Assembly: GCF_036321535.1 (NCBI RefSeq)
Contig: NC_087436.1
Span: 110,796,001-110,860,000, forward strand
DNA: 64,000 bases
Direction: 5' to 3'
Origin: Camelus dromedarius
Lineage: Eukaryota
The notes below the pieces were generated by a model. It was not told where the DNA came from and did not search any database. It saw only the letters and a program-made list of their open reading frames with translations. The translations under genes and the position numbers were made by a program. Positions 50,855-64,000 of the stretch are shown piece by piece. Positions within the stretch are counted from its first letter, which is position 1. Each line of letters starts with the position of its first letter.

Positions 50855-51322
50855 TAATAATAATAATGGCTGATGTTTATTGAGTGATTCCTATGTCCTC
50901 AGCACACGTAAAAGCAAAGGCTCTGAGCCAAACTGTCTTGGCTTCAATCGCTTTTCCACCTCTTCGTAACTACATGTTATTTGCCTTTCCAGAACTTGAG
51001 TCATCTAAAATATGGGAATTAAAATAGTGTCCATTTCATAGGGCTGTGATAAGGATTAAATAATAAATATAGGTAGAGTTTAAAACAGTGCTTGGTCTAT
51101 AGTAACTGCTCACTAATAGTAGCTATCACTATTATTATCATCTTTGTCACTAATGCCCACAGCAATCACATGAAAGACGTACTATTACAATACCCATAAA
51201 CAGGTAAGAAACTTAGGCATAGAAAAGTCAAACACTGTCCAGGAGTCACAGATAGTCAATGGTGAAGCTGGGGTTTCAGTATAGACAGTTTAACTCCAAG
51301 AAATGTAAGCCTAATCATACAA
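50855..51322. mobile_element. Sense MIR (about 50905-51138) apparently inserted within an antisense MIR
   Basis: Antisense start TTTATTGAGTGATTCCTATGT, then a sense MIR ending ...GCTCACTAATAGTAGCTATCACTATTATT, then the antisense core CAGGTAAGAAACTTAGGCATAGA. Confidence 0.6.
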
Positions 51323-51324
51323 CC

Positions 51325-52510
51325 AGTAAGTATTTATTAAGCATCAAACATGCTCCAGGCTTTGGTACAGATACTGGGTACACAATGGGAAACAAAACCA
51401 CCAGGATCTCTGCTATAACGGAATTTACATTCTACCAAGGGGTAAGACAGGAGGAGACAGAGAGAGAGGCAGTGAACAAATAAACAAATACATGAACAAG
51501 ATAATCTCAAATGGTGATATTTTATCCCAAACATGATACTAAAGTAAGGTAACATGATGGTGAATGGAGTGATTGGGATAGAGGACAGGGGAGGATTTAG
51601 GCAGGATGGTCAGGGAAGACTTCTCTAAAGAGGTGATATTTGAGCTAAGATCTGAGTGACATGAGAGGACATGGAGGAAAAGATTTCCAGACAAAGGGAA
51701 AAACATGTTCAAAGGTTTTCAGGAGTATTGATTAGGAAGCAAAAAGAAAGCAAATAAATTGAAAAATAATAAATAAAGGGGAAAATAGTATCAGAGGAAG
51801 TGATGAGTAATTGGGTCATAATGATTGGATGGATCGGTCGACGGATGGACAGATGGATGGATGGATGGATGAATGTACAAAAAAAAGACAAGAGTAGAGA
51901 ACCCAGCCCAATGTAAAGTTATTTATTTACTGAATAGTTGTTAAATGTCTAGTATATGTCTCGAGTAATTCTAGGCACTGGGGATACAAGAGCTAATAAA
52001 TAAAAAATTTTAAAACAGACAAAAATCCCTGCCCTAGTGGAACTCTATATTAGGGGGGAGCAGACAATAAATACATTATTAAGAGTTACAATTTTAAGTA
52101 ACGTAGTTGGGAAAGAACTCTCTGATAAGGGGACTGCTCACAAAGGTTTGAAGGTAATGAAGAAGAGACTCGTGCAGGGCAGAAGAGGACGCAAGAGAAA
52201 AGAGCGAGTGCAAAGGCCCTGGAATGGGAATACGCTTGGTGTACTTGAGTAGCTGCAAAGATGCCAGCAGGGCCAGGGCCAGCAAGTGATGTAAGATCAA
52301 TGGATGATAAGATCCTGTAAGTAAGGAGCAGGAGGGTAAGTATCTGGAGGATTTTGGCTTTTACTCTGAATATAATGTGAACCCATCTAAGGGTTCTGAA
52401 CCAAGAAGTGACAGACTATGACTTACAGTTTAACAGAATCACTCTGCCATATTGAGCTACTCCTGAAGCAAAACAAGGGTAGAAACAGGGAGACCAGTTA
52501 GCAGGTCAAT
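51325..52510 (-). mobile_element. Two LINE-2 3' fragments (antisense) separated by a (GGAT)n tract
   Basis: TATTTATTAAGCATC...GGTCAGGGAAGACTTCTCTAAAGAGGTGATATTTGAGCT; second copy TTCTAGGCACTGGGGATACA...GTGCAAAGGCCCTGG...GGGAGACCAGTTAG. Confidence 0.8.
51826..51872. repeat. Imperfect (GGAT)n tetranucleotide repeat
   Basis: Seen directly. Confidence 0.85.
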
Positions 52511-54224
52511 CTAAAAGGAAAGGTCAATGGAAATCTTGAATGCATTGCCCATAGACACTTGCCCCATGGGCAGGAAGGCTCATCCCTACAACAATCCGTG
52601 ACGTAATCCTGGGCAAGAGCAACATCCTCTGGCAGGATCAGTCATCACTCCCTTTCCACGTCTTCCTACATTATGGTCTCCTGTTTCTCTGTTTCCCCAG
52701 GCTCTGATCTGCAGCTCCTGTCCCGCTTCAGATCACAGCACCTTCCAGTGACCTCCAAGTAATTAAATCTGGCTGCCACTCAAGATCCCGCCTTGCAGAC
52801 TAAGCAGCATTCCCTCAATGCTTTCGAGGACCAAACCTGCACACATTCTGGTTTCTCCTCTGCCCAACTGGCCTTGAGCCAGACATAACAACAGGGGAAT
52901 GTCTCCCAACTTCCAAACAACGCATCTAAAACTAGATTTTAGAACAAAGCCTGAATCTCAACTCAGAGCCGCTAAACAGTAAGAAAATGTCTCAGATGAT
53001 AATCCTAGCTTCTGTCTCCCTCCCTTCCACCCTCACCCACTCCCCATATTACCTGGAAGCATAGCCAGGGTCTAAGATGGCAGCCTGCCCATCTGCTCAA
53101 CAGAACTGCCTGAAACAGAAAATAAATCCTCTGCTCATATGGTTGACAAGCTGAATGACTAATTGCAAAGAAGACCAGTAATTTATTGGAATAGAAATTG
53201 AGGTCATTTAGGCAGGATTTAAATACTTTTTTCCTAGCCAATCCTAGCCAATTTTTCAAACTGACTTAAAGAAATGTTGCTCCCTAAGTTGGAAGTGCAT
53301 CAGTGCCCTAATCTGACTCCACTCCATTCTTTTAGTGGGCTCTCTGCTCTCCCACCATTTTTCTATACATTAATTGAATACTGGATGTTTATGCTACACA
53401 CTACACAGCATTTTTTTCACTTATATTAATTTCTCTTCATGATATTCTATTTGGGAGAAAAAATAACTCAATCAAAAAGACCAGGATTCAAAGACAGAAG
53501 GGATAAACTAAAGTTCCAGTTTATCATTTAATAGCCATGCCCTTGGGCCAGTCACTTCGCTGCCCTGGACTGCATGATCTGTAAAACTGGGTAACGCCCA
53601 CTCTGTACACTTCCCAAGATTGTTATGAGGTCAAGTGAGATAAGATCACATTCATGTGAATATGAAAATTATAAACCTTCATAATGTTTAGTTACTATAG
53701 AAGAGGACAAATTGATACTTTCTAATCCAAGGACTGCAAACAAGAAGTCATTGCATAAAAATCAACTAAATACTGGAGATGTTTGTCTTTATTTATTCTG
53801 GGGTAAATACTTCTTAGAGCCCCAGTTTGCTCTCCTCCTTCTTTGGTCTTCTATTGGGAGGAGAGGAAGAAAATCTTCTGAGCCTCACTTTTCTCATCTG
53901 TAACAGGCAAAGAGACACAATAACTATAAATTCCACCCCTGGGATAAGTGATAAATACAAAGGAAAAGATGCCTGGTGATCTGGGATGTTTTCTCTGAGG
54001 ATGGGACATACAGCCAAGTTGTAAAAGAAGTATATACTAACTGGTTACGGAGGCATGTGTGAGATACAGGAAGCAGATTGGTACCCTCCTCCCCAGGCTA
54101 AAGAACCCAAGAGTGCCTGAAGAGGAGACTGCGGACACAGAAGAGAGTAGATCTCACAGGGGCTTGCCGGCCACCTTAAGGATTTGGGACTTTATCCCAA
54201 CATTAATGGGAGACCTGCATGCAC

Positions 54225-54820
54225 CACCAGAGGAATCTTCCTGAAGTATGACCTCTCCTGCTACTCATCTGGGTAGGCACTTCTCATGATCATACCCTCA
54301 GAACAAATTTCAAACTCATTAACCGTGGTGGTCAAGTTCCTTCATGATCAGGGACTAACCTATAATTTCAGACATTTTTCCCATTCCTTTCTTATATGTA
54401 TCTTACTCTACTCAAATGCACATGTCCTGGGCTGCAGACACTACCCGACAAAGTATCCATTGCCACAACAGGTTCCCACCATTTCCTCTGCCTGAAATGC
54501 CCTCCTAGCTCTTCCCATCCTTCAGCCTCTGGCAAGGACTTATCCATATTTTGTGACCTAGTTCTAAGTCCACCATCTCCAAGAAGCCTTCCCAAATCCT
54601 CCCAAACATATAGAGTTTCTCAGAGCTCCAACTTGTCCACAACCCAGTACTTCTCCTACTGTGCTTATGAAGCTCTGGCTAGTGTTGTAGTTATTTGGAT
54701 ATTTTTCTCCTCTCTTGTACTGGATTCATAAGCAACTTGAGCATATGGGCCATGCCCCGATTATCTTTATGTTTCATGTGCCTAGTCCATAATACAAGTG
54801 AAAGAATGTTAAATGAGGGC
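54225..54820 (+). mobile_element. LINE-2 3' fragment
   Basis: CTCTGCCTGAAATGCCCTCCT...CCAAGAAGCCTTCCC...GTGCCTAG. Confidence 0.6.
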
Positions 54821-57724
54821 ATGCTAAATAAAAGCAAAAAAATAACCTCATTGTTAAGCCCAGAATATTGTACTTTAGCTCTTAATATGATAATCATTGA
54901 TATTATCTCTATAAGAGTAAAATAGCAGCTGAGGAATCATCATTCTTTATTTGCAGTTAATTTTCAAAATATAATGTACCTATTAAAGAGTTTCACATAT
55001 TTTTGCTGTCATACAAAATATCACCTACAATATGTTAGAGATCTACCAAGTCCTTCCACAAACCAGGAAATTTTCTCTGGGAAAGAGATGGTGTTTTCAA
55101 CTGTTCTTCATGATTTATTTAAGGAAATCTAATGTATAAATAATCAAAGTTACATAAATTACATAAAATCTACCCTTAAGCATTTGTTTTTCTCCCTGAG
55201 GTTGAGATGTCTAATCAGTTACCATTAGGCTTTTTTTTTTTTTTTTTGAACTTTCAAAGAGGTTAATCTTTCAAATCTCAACGTGTACATGAATTAAAGA
55301 CTCACCTATGGTTAAAACAAATAATTTCCTTTTCTTGGTTTCATATATTATTTGGAACAGAGACGGCTCAAGTAATTACCTAATTTGGGCCACACTCTGT
55401 AAGTAGGACCCTAGGCTTTTCCAGAGACTCCAGCATCATATATAATGGAGGAAAGACCCTACAGGTCCTTCATGAAGTTAAAACACCCTGTTTGATCTCT
55501 TGCGAGTGGCATGTAAGATTTTTTAAGCTAGGGAACAAGCTTCAATATTCAGGCCAGAAAAAAATACGTATCTTATAACATCACATTTAAAGGTATATGT
55601 GGAATTTGATAAAATGCAGTGCTGAAGAAGTCCAAGTTTATACGGGGACATTATACTGACACAGGGTCTTTGCGCCCATGATGGAGCCCTACCAATCAGA
55701 AAGTATAAAGTTGCTCATAAGAAATTAAGGATCAGGAAAGGGCGCAGTATATGGTAGAGCATGGTGGGGGGAGGGGTGCGGTGATCCGGGTGAGCTGAAA
55801 AAATAGTGTGCCTGTAGTGCTGACAATGAAAAGTTATCAACCTGATCCCAAATCCTTAACACCAGCCAACCCATCACGTTCAACACCACCACCAACATAC
55901 ACGTGTCAGGGATAAAGTGCCAGGCAACCACTCATTTAGTTATTTGGTGGAATCAGGAGAGACATTTTAATTAATAAAATTACCCAAAGAAATATATTCA
56001 TTCACTAATTTACTACCACAGCCAAAGCAGTCAATAGCCAGAGAAAAAGTGGGGAGGGGGGCAGGGAGGAGGAAACATCTCTCACTTGTGTGTAATACTT
56101 GTTCTTGCTCCAGTTTTCCTTTTAAATTTGTTGGGAAGGTGAAAATTAGGAAACTTCTAAGGACATATATCTAAGGGTTAGAAATTTAGGTAATAACAGA
56201 ATTCTGATTCCTGGTAAATGGTATTAAGAGTGCCTTTTTAGTTTCACAATTTTTGCTGAAGTCTGTAAACTTTTAAGTCACTGCTACTGAATCTGAGAAG
56301 ATAGATCATGATAAACACACACACATACGTATACAAAAATAAACACACACTCTATTTTGACAAAAGAGAAAATATTATATTTTGCTTATTTATTCCAGAC
56401 TCGTTTGTCCCTTTTTAGGTCAGCACCCCTGACAGCTCCCCAACTGCTGCCCTGTTACCCAACCTTGTTTCTGCCCCCTGCTGACCCTCCCACCTAAGAG
56501 AGTAGAGGCTCTCTCTGTAGGGCTATGTCTCCTTGGGTCAGACTCGGTGATGCAGCATTACATGGGTTCTTCAGACAGTGGCCAGGCAGGCATGATGGCA
56601 GAGTGGCCACAATGACACCACCAGCAAATGAAGTGGTGACTCCCACCTTGAGGATGTTGCATTCTGACTAGAGTCAGAAAGACCTTGGCTTGAATCACAA
56701 GCATTTCATGCTGTGTGTGCAATCTTGACCAAGTACATGATTGCTCAGAGACTCAGATGTTGACTAGCAAACTAACCAAACCTAGCCCTGGCCAGAGGAA
56801 GGAATGTAGCTGGACTTGGAATAGCAAGTCTGTTCATGGGTCTGACCTGGAGTTCTGGCACCTGTGCTATTGTACTGTTAAAGACTGCATCAAATTCTAT
56901 AAACAGTGCCATCCTTGGATCTCCTGGATGATAATTTCACTTTCACATCACTTTCTCTAGCCTCTTTTCATTTTAGCCTTAACAGTTGGCATGTCAACAT
57001 ACTAACTAAAACAGTTAAAAATGTAATGGTTTCAGAAAAGTTTGCTTCCCCACCCAGCTAAATAGCTATGTCATGGAATCTTGGGGGATTAAGTGAAACA
57101 AAATGTAATTCTGTTAATCCTGCATGATGTTACATTTTTAAAAGGATGTGTCACAAGCTCTGAAGATGACGCGAATAAAAAGACAAAAAATGGCTAAAGA
57201 TAATAAAGTGGAAAATAACATAAGGAAGAACACTGTCATTGAAAGATCACTATTTGTTTGCATACATAAACAATAGCATTTTCTTTTTCACTTACTTATG
57301 CAAGAAACCTTTATTGATGTCTTGCTATGACCACATGTGCACAAAGCAGGGGGGATGCCAAGATAAACAAGACACGAAGTTCACCTTCTGGAGAGGAAGA
57401 TGTGGAAAGCAATGATTATAATGCACTTACAATGACCAAATCTTCTTGTAGATGGGTTCCAAGCACTGTGCCACACCGAATACAGGGTCCTAGCTGGAGG
57501 AAGTGGAGTGAAGAGAAGCTTCCATGAACAGGAAACTTCTGGGTGGAGACTTGAAGCATAAGCAGAACAGGACAAGAAAGTGTACTTGAGCATTGCTTGT
57601 AACTGAGCTTTATACTGATAAATGAAAAAAACATAAGCAGAATGATTTCATGAACTTCATCCAAAAATCAGCACCACAATTTTATAATCCAACACACAAG
57701 TCTATACATAAATACACTTTAACA

Positions 57725-57960
57725 ATGGTAATAATAAAAATACTTATTGAACTCTTAGTATGTGTTTAGCACCATACAATGCCTCATATGTGCTGCCTCA
57801 TTTCACCCTCACATTAATATTGTGAAGTAAACAATATTGTTATTTTCATCTTCATTCTGAGAAAGCAAAGTCTTAAGGAGGCTAAGTAATTTGCTTAAGA
57901 CCATGTAGCTAATTAGTAGTAAAGCCAGGATTAAAACCCTCATCTGACAGCAAAATGCAG
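57725..57960 (-). mobile_element. MIR SINE
   Basis: ACTTATTGAACTCTTAGTATGTG...GAGGCTAAGTAATTTGCTTAAGACCA...AGCCAGGATTAAAACCC. Confidence 0.8.
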
Positions 57961-60900
57961 CTTCTCCTATGACCAAATGTACACATAAAAATATACAGTG
58001 ATGACATGCATTTTTTAAAGCATTCCATTGTGGCTGAGGAGCTGTTTCTGAAAACTGAAACTTACACGCTGAAAAGAAGCCTGCAGATTATTTCCAGGCA
58101 GAATATATTTGATATATTTGATATTAATCAAATTATTGATACTGATTTAAAGTGTTATTATTAGAATCCTCTCTGATTTCATCCCCGGCTTTTCCATAGC
58201 CACCTGACACCAGAACACAACCAGCGCTGGCATCCCAGACAGACCTGCAGAGGTTAGAGAAAGGCTAAAATGTAGAAGCATCAACTCACTTCCTTAATTA
58301 CTGAACAAAGTACAAGTGGTCACCGGGGGAAAACAAAATGCCTCCCTTTATTAACTAGACAAATACAATAGAAAAATGATGGTTTCTAAGCAGTGTTTAT
58401 CTTGCAGTAACTCCTGAGCAAATTTATTCCTACTAGACAGGAATGGATAATTGCACTCGAGGTAAGATGATAATATTAAAAAAAAGATAAATTAAAAATA
58501 CCAATAATTAAATATTGCCTATGAAATGGAGCCAACGCTAATGAGACATGGCAAACAATGAAAGGAATTCATATTAAGTTGTTCAACTGAAGCAGAGATT
58601 TTCTTTCATGTGTTTCTCGGTTATAAAATGTATTGTTTTCATTTAACAGGCTTAGTCTATATGATCAGAATTACAATAACTTTGTCTTCTCTACATGTTC
58701 ATTACTATTAAACACAAAGCCTTGACCAAAAAAATCATTCTCCTAATTTTGTATATATCCTAGTAATTGTTATCTGGCAATTTAGTCAAATGTGGGGGGG
58801 TGGTAGGAAGATGACAAAGGATTTCTTTAGATTTAGTTAAATTTATTAGTCCTCTTTTGCCCTGCACACCCCACCACCACTCATATACATGCACCCCGTG
58901 TTTGAAAAATCACAAAAACTGAAGAAATAATTAATTTAGAGCTTTAAAGTGGAATAATCCCTGCTCAAGAACAATCTCTCTCTTCTGTTTTCTCCTTCAA
59001 TTCTTGTTGCCATTTATGCGCCACACTAAAATTTAGAGGCAGATGCATGTGACTTCACAAAGACAGTCTGTTTTTGTTCTTTCTCATGCACGCTCTGAGG
59101 ATGCAGGTAGAGCAGGCAATCAAAAATTAACCCACTCTGGCCCACAGAGATTTGCACTGCAGAGGTTAACCATAGTTAAAAGTCTATATTCATGTAGAGT
59201 TAAGGCACACAAAAGCCACACTTTAAATACTTACATTAAATATGGCTTTTTTAATATAGGAAGGGAAGTACTTCAGTAGGTCTTAGATCTAGATGCATAA
59301 TGAGATTTCAGAAAGCATCAATAATTATGCTCCTGAGAAATAAGAAAAATGAATCTAGTTGTGGATACACAACTACATGTATAAACCCATATGCACGCGC
59401 ACACACGTATACACACTCAGGCGCTTCGGGAGGTGTTATTATTTTTGATAAGCTTGTATCTGTGCACACCACCTCTTTTTGTCAGAGACATTACAGAATT
59501 CTTTGCTTTTTTTCTTAAAAGAGGTAAAGGCCATTTAACCAAACTGCTAGAGAGATTCTCTTGCTAACGAACAAGAATCAGGCAGAACGTTAAAATAGTA
59601 CGTATTTGCTTTCAGTGCATTTTAGCCCCAAATGGACTAAACAGTGGTGTCAGCAAGTGAAGGGAAGATAAGGGACAGACGAAGAATACATCATGTGGAA
59701 AAAACTGCATTAGGCCAACGGAAAAATATTCCTCAAATACTGCTGAGGCTGGGATACTAAGAAATAAAATTTAAACAAGGAGAGGAAGAAGATGAGCATA
59801 GGTCCTGTTGATATACTGCCCTGACATTGTCAAATTTAGATGCGTGTTTAAATATGAGCAATATAAAAGTGTGTCTGCTGAAAAGACATATAAATCTGAA
59901 TATATATGTAACTGACACCCATGGGGGTTCATATTTTTTTCCAGGAAAGATGAAAATTACCTTTGCACAAGAGAAAATAATTAAATTGTCGGTCCAGTAC
60001 CAGGTTGAACTACATTCATGCAGCGTCCGTCATGCAGAATAGCAGAGGTGCATTAGGATAGAATTGCTGAAATTAACCTTCCTTTGCTCCTTTGGTTTTT
60101 AAGAGGCCAAGATCAAAGACCAGGTCCCATCAAAATCCATTAAAATAAAAACAGAGGTTGTTGGGGCTGGGGAAGAACTCCAAGGAAAATTACCTCTTCC
60201 CTTTTAGCACAATGCACTGTTGCAAAGAATTTCACTTTATTTAGATTCTTCTGAATACACTACCTATAATTCACATGAGAGCAAGGTGGTTTGATTGTGG
60301 GAGAAAATTTTATATGGAGGAAAACAAAAAGTAAAGTACTAGAGCTTTAAATAGGCTTTTCTGAGCTTACAGATAAACCTGCTCATTGTATATGTAGAAT
60401 TTCCAAATGTGGGACCAACCCTGCGACCTGGCTGTCTTTGCTGAGACCTATCATTGTGCTTATTTATTCCTGTGCTTTATCCTGCAATGGCCCCACAGAG
60501 ACGATCTTCTTTCAGCACCATCTGCTACTAGGAAAAACAAGAACATACACTACACCTGTTACAAGCTTCCCCACATTCGAAGTCTTTTCTCTAGGCAAAA
60601 TGGTAAATTATGTGAGGAATAAACAGGAATCACAAGTGATAGGGAGAGATAGGTCCCATTCTGGCACATTTTAATAAAGTTCCTAACTCGTATTGAAACT
60701 GAAAAAGGAAATCATTTGACCCCCTGAAGTAATCTACAGGGCACATCAGTGCTTAAAACCAAAAATGCAGCCAGCTGATTCTTCAAAGACTGTCTTGGGC
60801 TTTGCATTATGCTGATGTAATTCCTTCCAGACATATTGTCTGGCATGAGTATCTGTCATCAACAGACTAAGAAATTACAAAACTTGCTTGACACATCTAA

Positions 60901-63059
60901 ATTAATCCAATGAACATTTACTAAGTCCCTACTAGGGTCAGGCACTCCTCTAGCCACTTAGGAAGACAATCTTTACACCAGAGCAGAAATCCACAAGCTC
61001 TTCTTTACTCTCGGCTTCTCAGCCCTTGAGTCATCCAGCACTTTGCATTCGTCAGTTCCTGCCTGCTGAGGATAACCCAGAAGTAATGTTGACTTCAAGC
61101 CAACTTTCTAAGAGTTCCTTGGAGATATATTTTTTCCAAATACCCCCAAAGGCTATTCCTGCACAAGTCGCTTCATGAAAACTACATTGATGAAAAACTT
61201 CCTGTTCTAGGAAGAAACAATTATCTCACGCTAAACATGCTCTGATTTTTTTAAGTCTTCTGATTTACACAGATTATTGTCTTTACTTATCTACACATTA
61301 CTCCAAGAAATATTTATTGACATCAATTACAGTTCCAGCATCGTATTACATGTTTATGAAGAATATGAAAGATTTTAATATTTCGTATTGGAAGCAACTA
61401 AAATTGGTGAAAACCTACACTTCCAAGCACTGTTGAATATATCTAATCAGAGTTCTTCATGGGATCCTAATCTTACCAAGGCAACATATCTCACTCAAAG
61501 CAATTAGATAATAACTGTAATTTCAAATTGTATGTCACTGACCATGAATTCTATATGAATAGAAATAAGGTAGAGAACAGGGTGGGCTGGACTAATCAGG
61601 GCAGGCTTTGTGGAAAAGATGGGATTTGATCTGGGTTGTAGGAGGTAAAGGATCTCTATAAGGAGAGAGAAGAAGACAGTCCAAACTAAGATGATCACAA
61701 CTACTGGGAATAATGGTATGGATAAATCAGTAAAGATCTATCAGCAAGGGTAGAAAAACTCACCTACCCTACTGAGCTTGCGTCAGTAGCATTCTGTGAG
61801 TGCATGTAAGGGGGCAAGTGTGGGTACTCTTGTTTATTATAATTTAGGGTGTGTCTGAACTTATGTATATCCATTACGTGTGTGACTGAGAGGCAAAGAG
61901 AAAGACAGACGGACACTGATTCATTCATAACACATCTTTATGGGATTGCTTTATGGAATATCATTTCAAATTGTCATACCATGCTTATATACATTATAAA
62001 GAAATACCACTAAAACTCATCCCACAATTAGAATTATACCTTGTAAAATGCTTATCTCCCTTTTGAATAGATGGCCTTAGGAACAAATGAATATCTTGTC
62101 TATTAATTAAATGCGTTATCTCCCATATTCCTACTTTGATAAGAGAACTTTAGAGAGGAGATTGCAGAATGCTCTCATATACTGATAAATCTAAATTAAT
62201 TGCCTCATCACAGGAAACAGATCTAGGTATTGTTAAGGGCAGCTCAATAAAGATATTTGCAGAATGCATGATAGCAGACAAAAAGTACATAAATTAGACA
62301 ATATTAATAAGTGAATAAATAATATGAAAAATGACATAAAGCTGTTAACATAAGCCTATGGGGCATCTTCACATTTATGTATAATGCATTCAGCTCATGT
62401 CATTTTACCTCCAAGGACAGATACTTTTGGAGGTAACAGGAAATGCAAAGACCCAGTGAAAGGAAACAAGGTCACTAAAGGTCTGTGTATGTGGCAGGAA
62501 TAAGGAGAATGTCCCTACAATATGAGATGAAAGTGATTTTGCCCATTTCATCCTGGGAGGAGACAGGCACAGAACTGCACGTCCCAGACCTCACAAATTC
62601 ATACTAATGATGAGGAGATATCAGTACAAAGACTTAAATTGCCCCAAAGGGAAACAAGAGGTAGAAAAACCAACAACATACATGTGCTACGCACTTTCAT
62701 TTGGGTCAGTCCAATTTTCTTTCTTTACTCAGCATGGATACCTAAGCCTCTGAACCCTTTAGCAAAGGTCCCCACATGTCTGCTCTGGGAGGAAAGGAGA
62801 AAGATCATAGGAAGGTCACAATCAAAAATACTAAGACTATGTGATTTTATGGCAAGTTACCTCACATTTCTGTGTCTCCATCTGTTCATTAAAATAAGCC
62901 TGGTAATGCTAGTACCTATCTATAAGGTTCTTGTGAGGGCTTCAATACACACAAGGTGTTGACAACTCTGCTTGGAAGGTAGCATTAGCCATTAGCCATG
63001 GAATCTTTGCTCTTGGGCTTAAAACACAAGCTCTGTGGAGGGCTTCTTACATGGCTGGC

Positions 63060-63235
63060 ACCATAAATTTTCACAATTCCCTACAGGCACTGTATTCCTC
63101 CATTTTGCAGATACAGAAGCAGAAGTACAGAGGCTTTAAGTAATTTGCCCAAAGTCACACTGCTAGTAAGTGCGTACAATTAGATATGAACCCAGGCGGT
63201 CTGGCTCTAGGATCTGAGCACTTATCTTTACACTT
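63060..63235 (-). mobile_element. MIR SINE
   Basis: CCATTTTGCAGAT...AAGTAATTTGCCCAAAGTCACACTGCTAGTAAGTG...TGAACCCAGGCGGTCTGGCTC. Confidence 0.85.
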
Positions 63236-63303
63236 CAGCCATCACTTGTAATTATTAGGTTCCTTTCCCCTGTCATCAAAGAAGACTGATACTTCTCCGT
63301 GCT

Positions 63304-63341
63304 TTTGGTTTGGTTTGGTTTGGTTTGGTTTGGTTTGGTTT
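63304..63341. repeat. (TTTGG)n pentanucleotide microsatellite
   Basis: About 7 perfect units seen directly. Confidence 0.95.
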
Positions 63342-64000
63342 CGCTTTGTTGCTACCTGAGGATGGGGGAGGGAGAGTATCTGAGAATAGAAGCCCCTGAA
63401 GGGCAAGGCCCACACCTGGCTTCATTGACTGCTGTTTTCCCCCAGGGCCCGGAACAGAACCTGACACACAGGAGGTGCCTGACATACCTGTATTAAATGT
63501 AAATGGTCAATCAGTGTGTGCCCGCAGGAGCATAGGATGCATGTGAATACTAATCATTATGCAGGACAAAAATATGTGTTTCTTGGCAAGGTGGAAAATT
63601 TAAAACAGCTATTTTTGGAGGGTCTGCAAATCAGAGTTAGGAGTCATCTTAGCCAGTAAAGAGGGAAGGAGAAGATGGGTAGATGACCCCTAATGCCTCC
63701 AGCAGGAATCAGGCTGGGTGTAGCTTTCTGGAAGTTCGCAGGAAAGAGAGAAATGAAGTATCTGCTCTGTATCAGACACTCAGGACTAAACTACTTCAGA
63801 TCACAACTGCACTTAAATTCAGGAGCCCAGTGGATGCCCCAGGCAGGCACTGGTGTCAGATGAGGTGCCTTAGGGTAGGGGAAAGCAGCAGCTGGGGGGG
63901 GCTCCAGAATTCCCCTGTGGGAAGCACTTAGGAGAAGCACACTTATGTGGTACCAGAAAATGTGCCTTGAGTTTACATAAGACTTTAGTTCCTTTCTCAA

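Noticed and set aside
15561..55579. Shared 13-mer CGTATCTTATAAC at about 15561 and about 55567
   Set aside because: Tens of chance 13-mer matches are expected within 64 kb, and the similarity does not extend meaningfully.
60513..60530. CTCF-like site (minus strand AGTAGCAGATGGTGCTG)
   Set aside because: It lacks the conserved CC at the 5' side of the core and the C of GGC, so it is too weak to call without ChIP data.
1..64000. Prokaryotic-type systems (CRISPR arrays, operons, defence islands) and a named host gene
   Set aside because: The sequence is mammalian repeat-rich DNA with no regularly spaced repeat-spacer array. I recognised no exon of a known protein, so no gene name can be supported.

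Overview
This is AT-rich mammalian genomic DNA, almost certainly from a camelid (alpaca, camel or llama). The assignment rests on two tRNA-Ala-derived Vic-type SINEs and on the absence of recognisable Alu, Bov, PRE-1 or CAN SINEs. The window looks like deep intron or intergenic sequence. I can support no intact protein-coding gene, rRNA, true tRNA or CRISPR array. The ORFs I can recognise are decayed LINE-1 ORF1/ORF2 pieces plus one small ERVL gag-like remnant; the rest look like chance frames. Roughly half the window is interspersed repeats: L1, L2, MIR, CR1/L3, MaLR and ERVL LTRs, and hAT remnants. Repeat family and subfamily names come from my recollection of consensus sequences, not from a search, and boundaries are approximate. 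The best-supported structures are (1) a composite L1 insertion at 39129-41879, flanked by a target-site duplication (TSD), with a twin-primed 5' inversion, a 49-bp junction duplication and probable 3'-transduced cargo, and (2) a three-level nested stack of SINE in young L1 in older L1 at about 23.9-30.3 kb. Repeat-poor islands carry candidate enhancer motifs and a few speculative small exons. I did not find convincing evidence of a new biological system.
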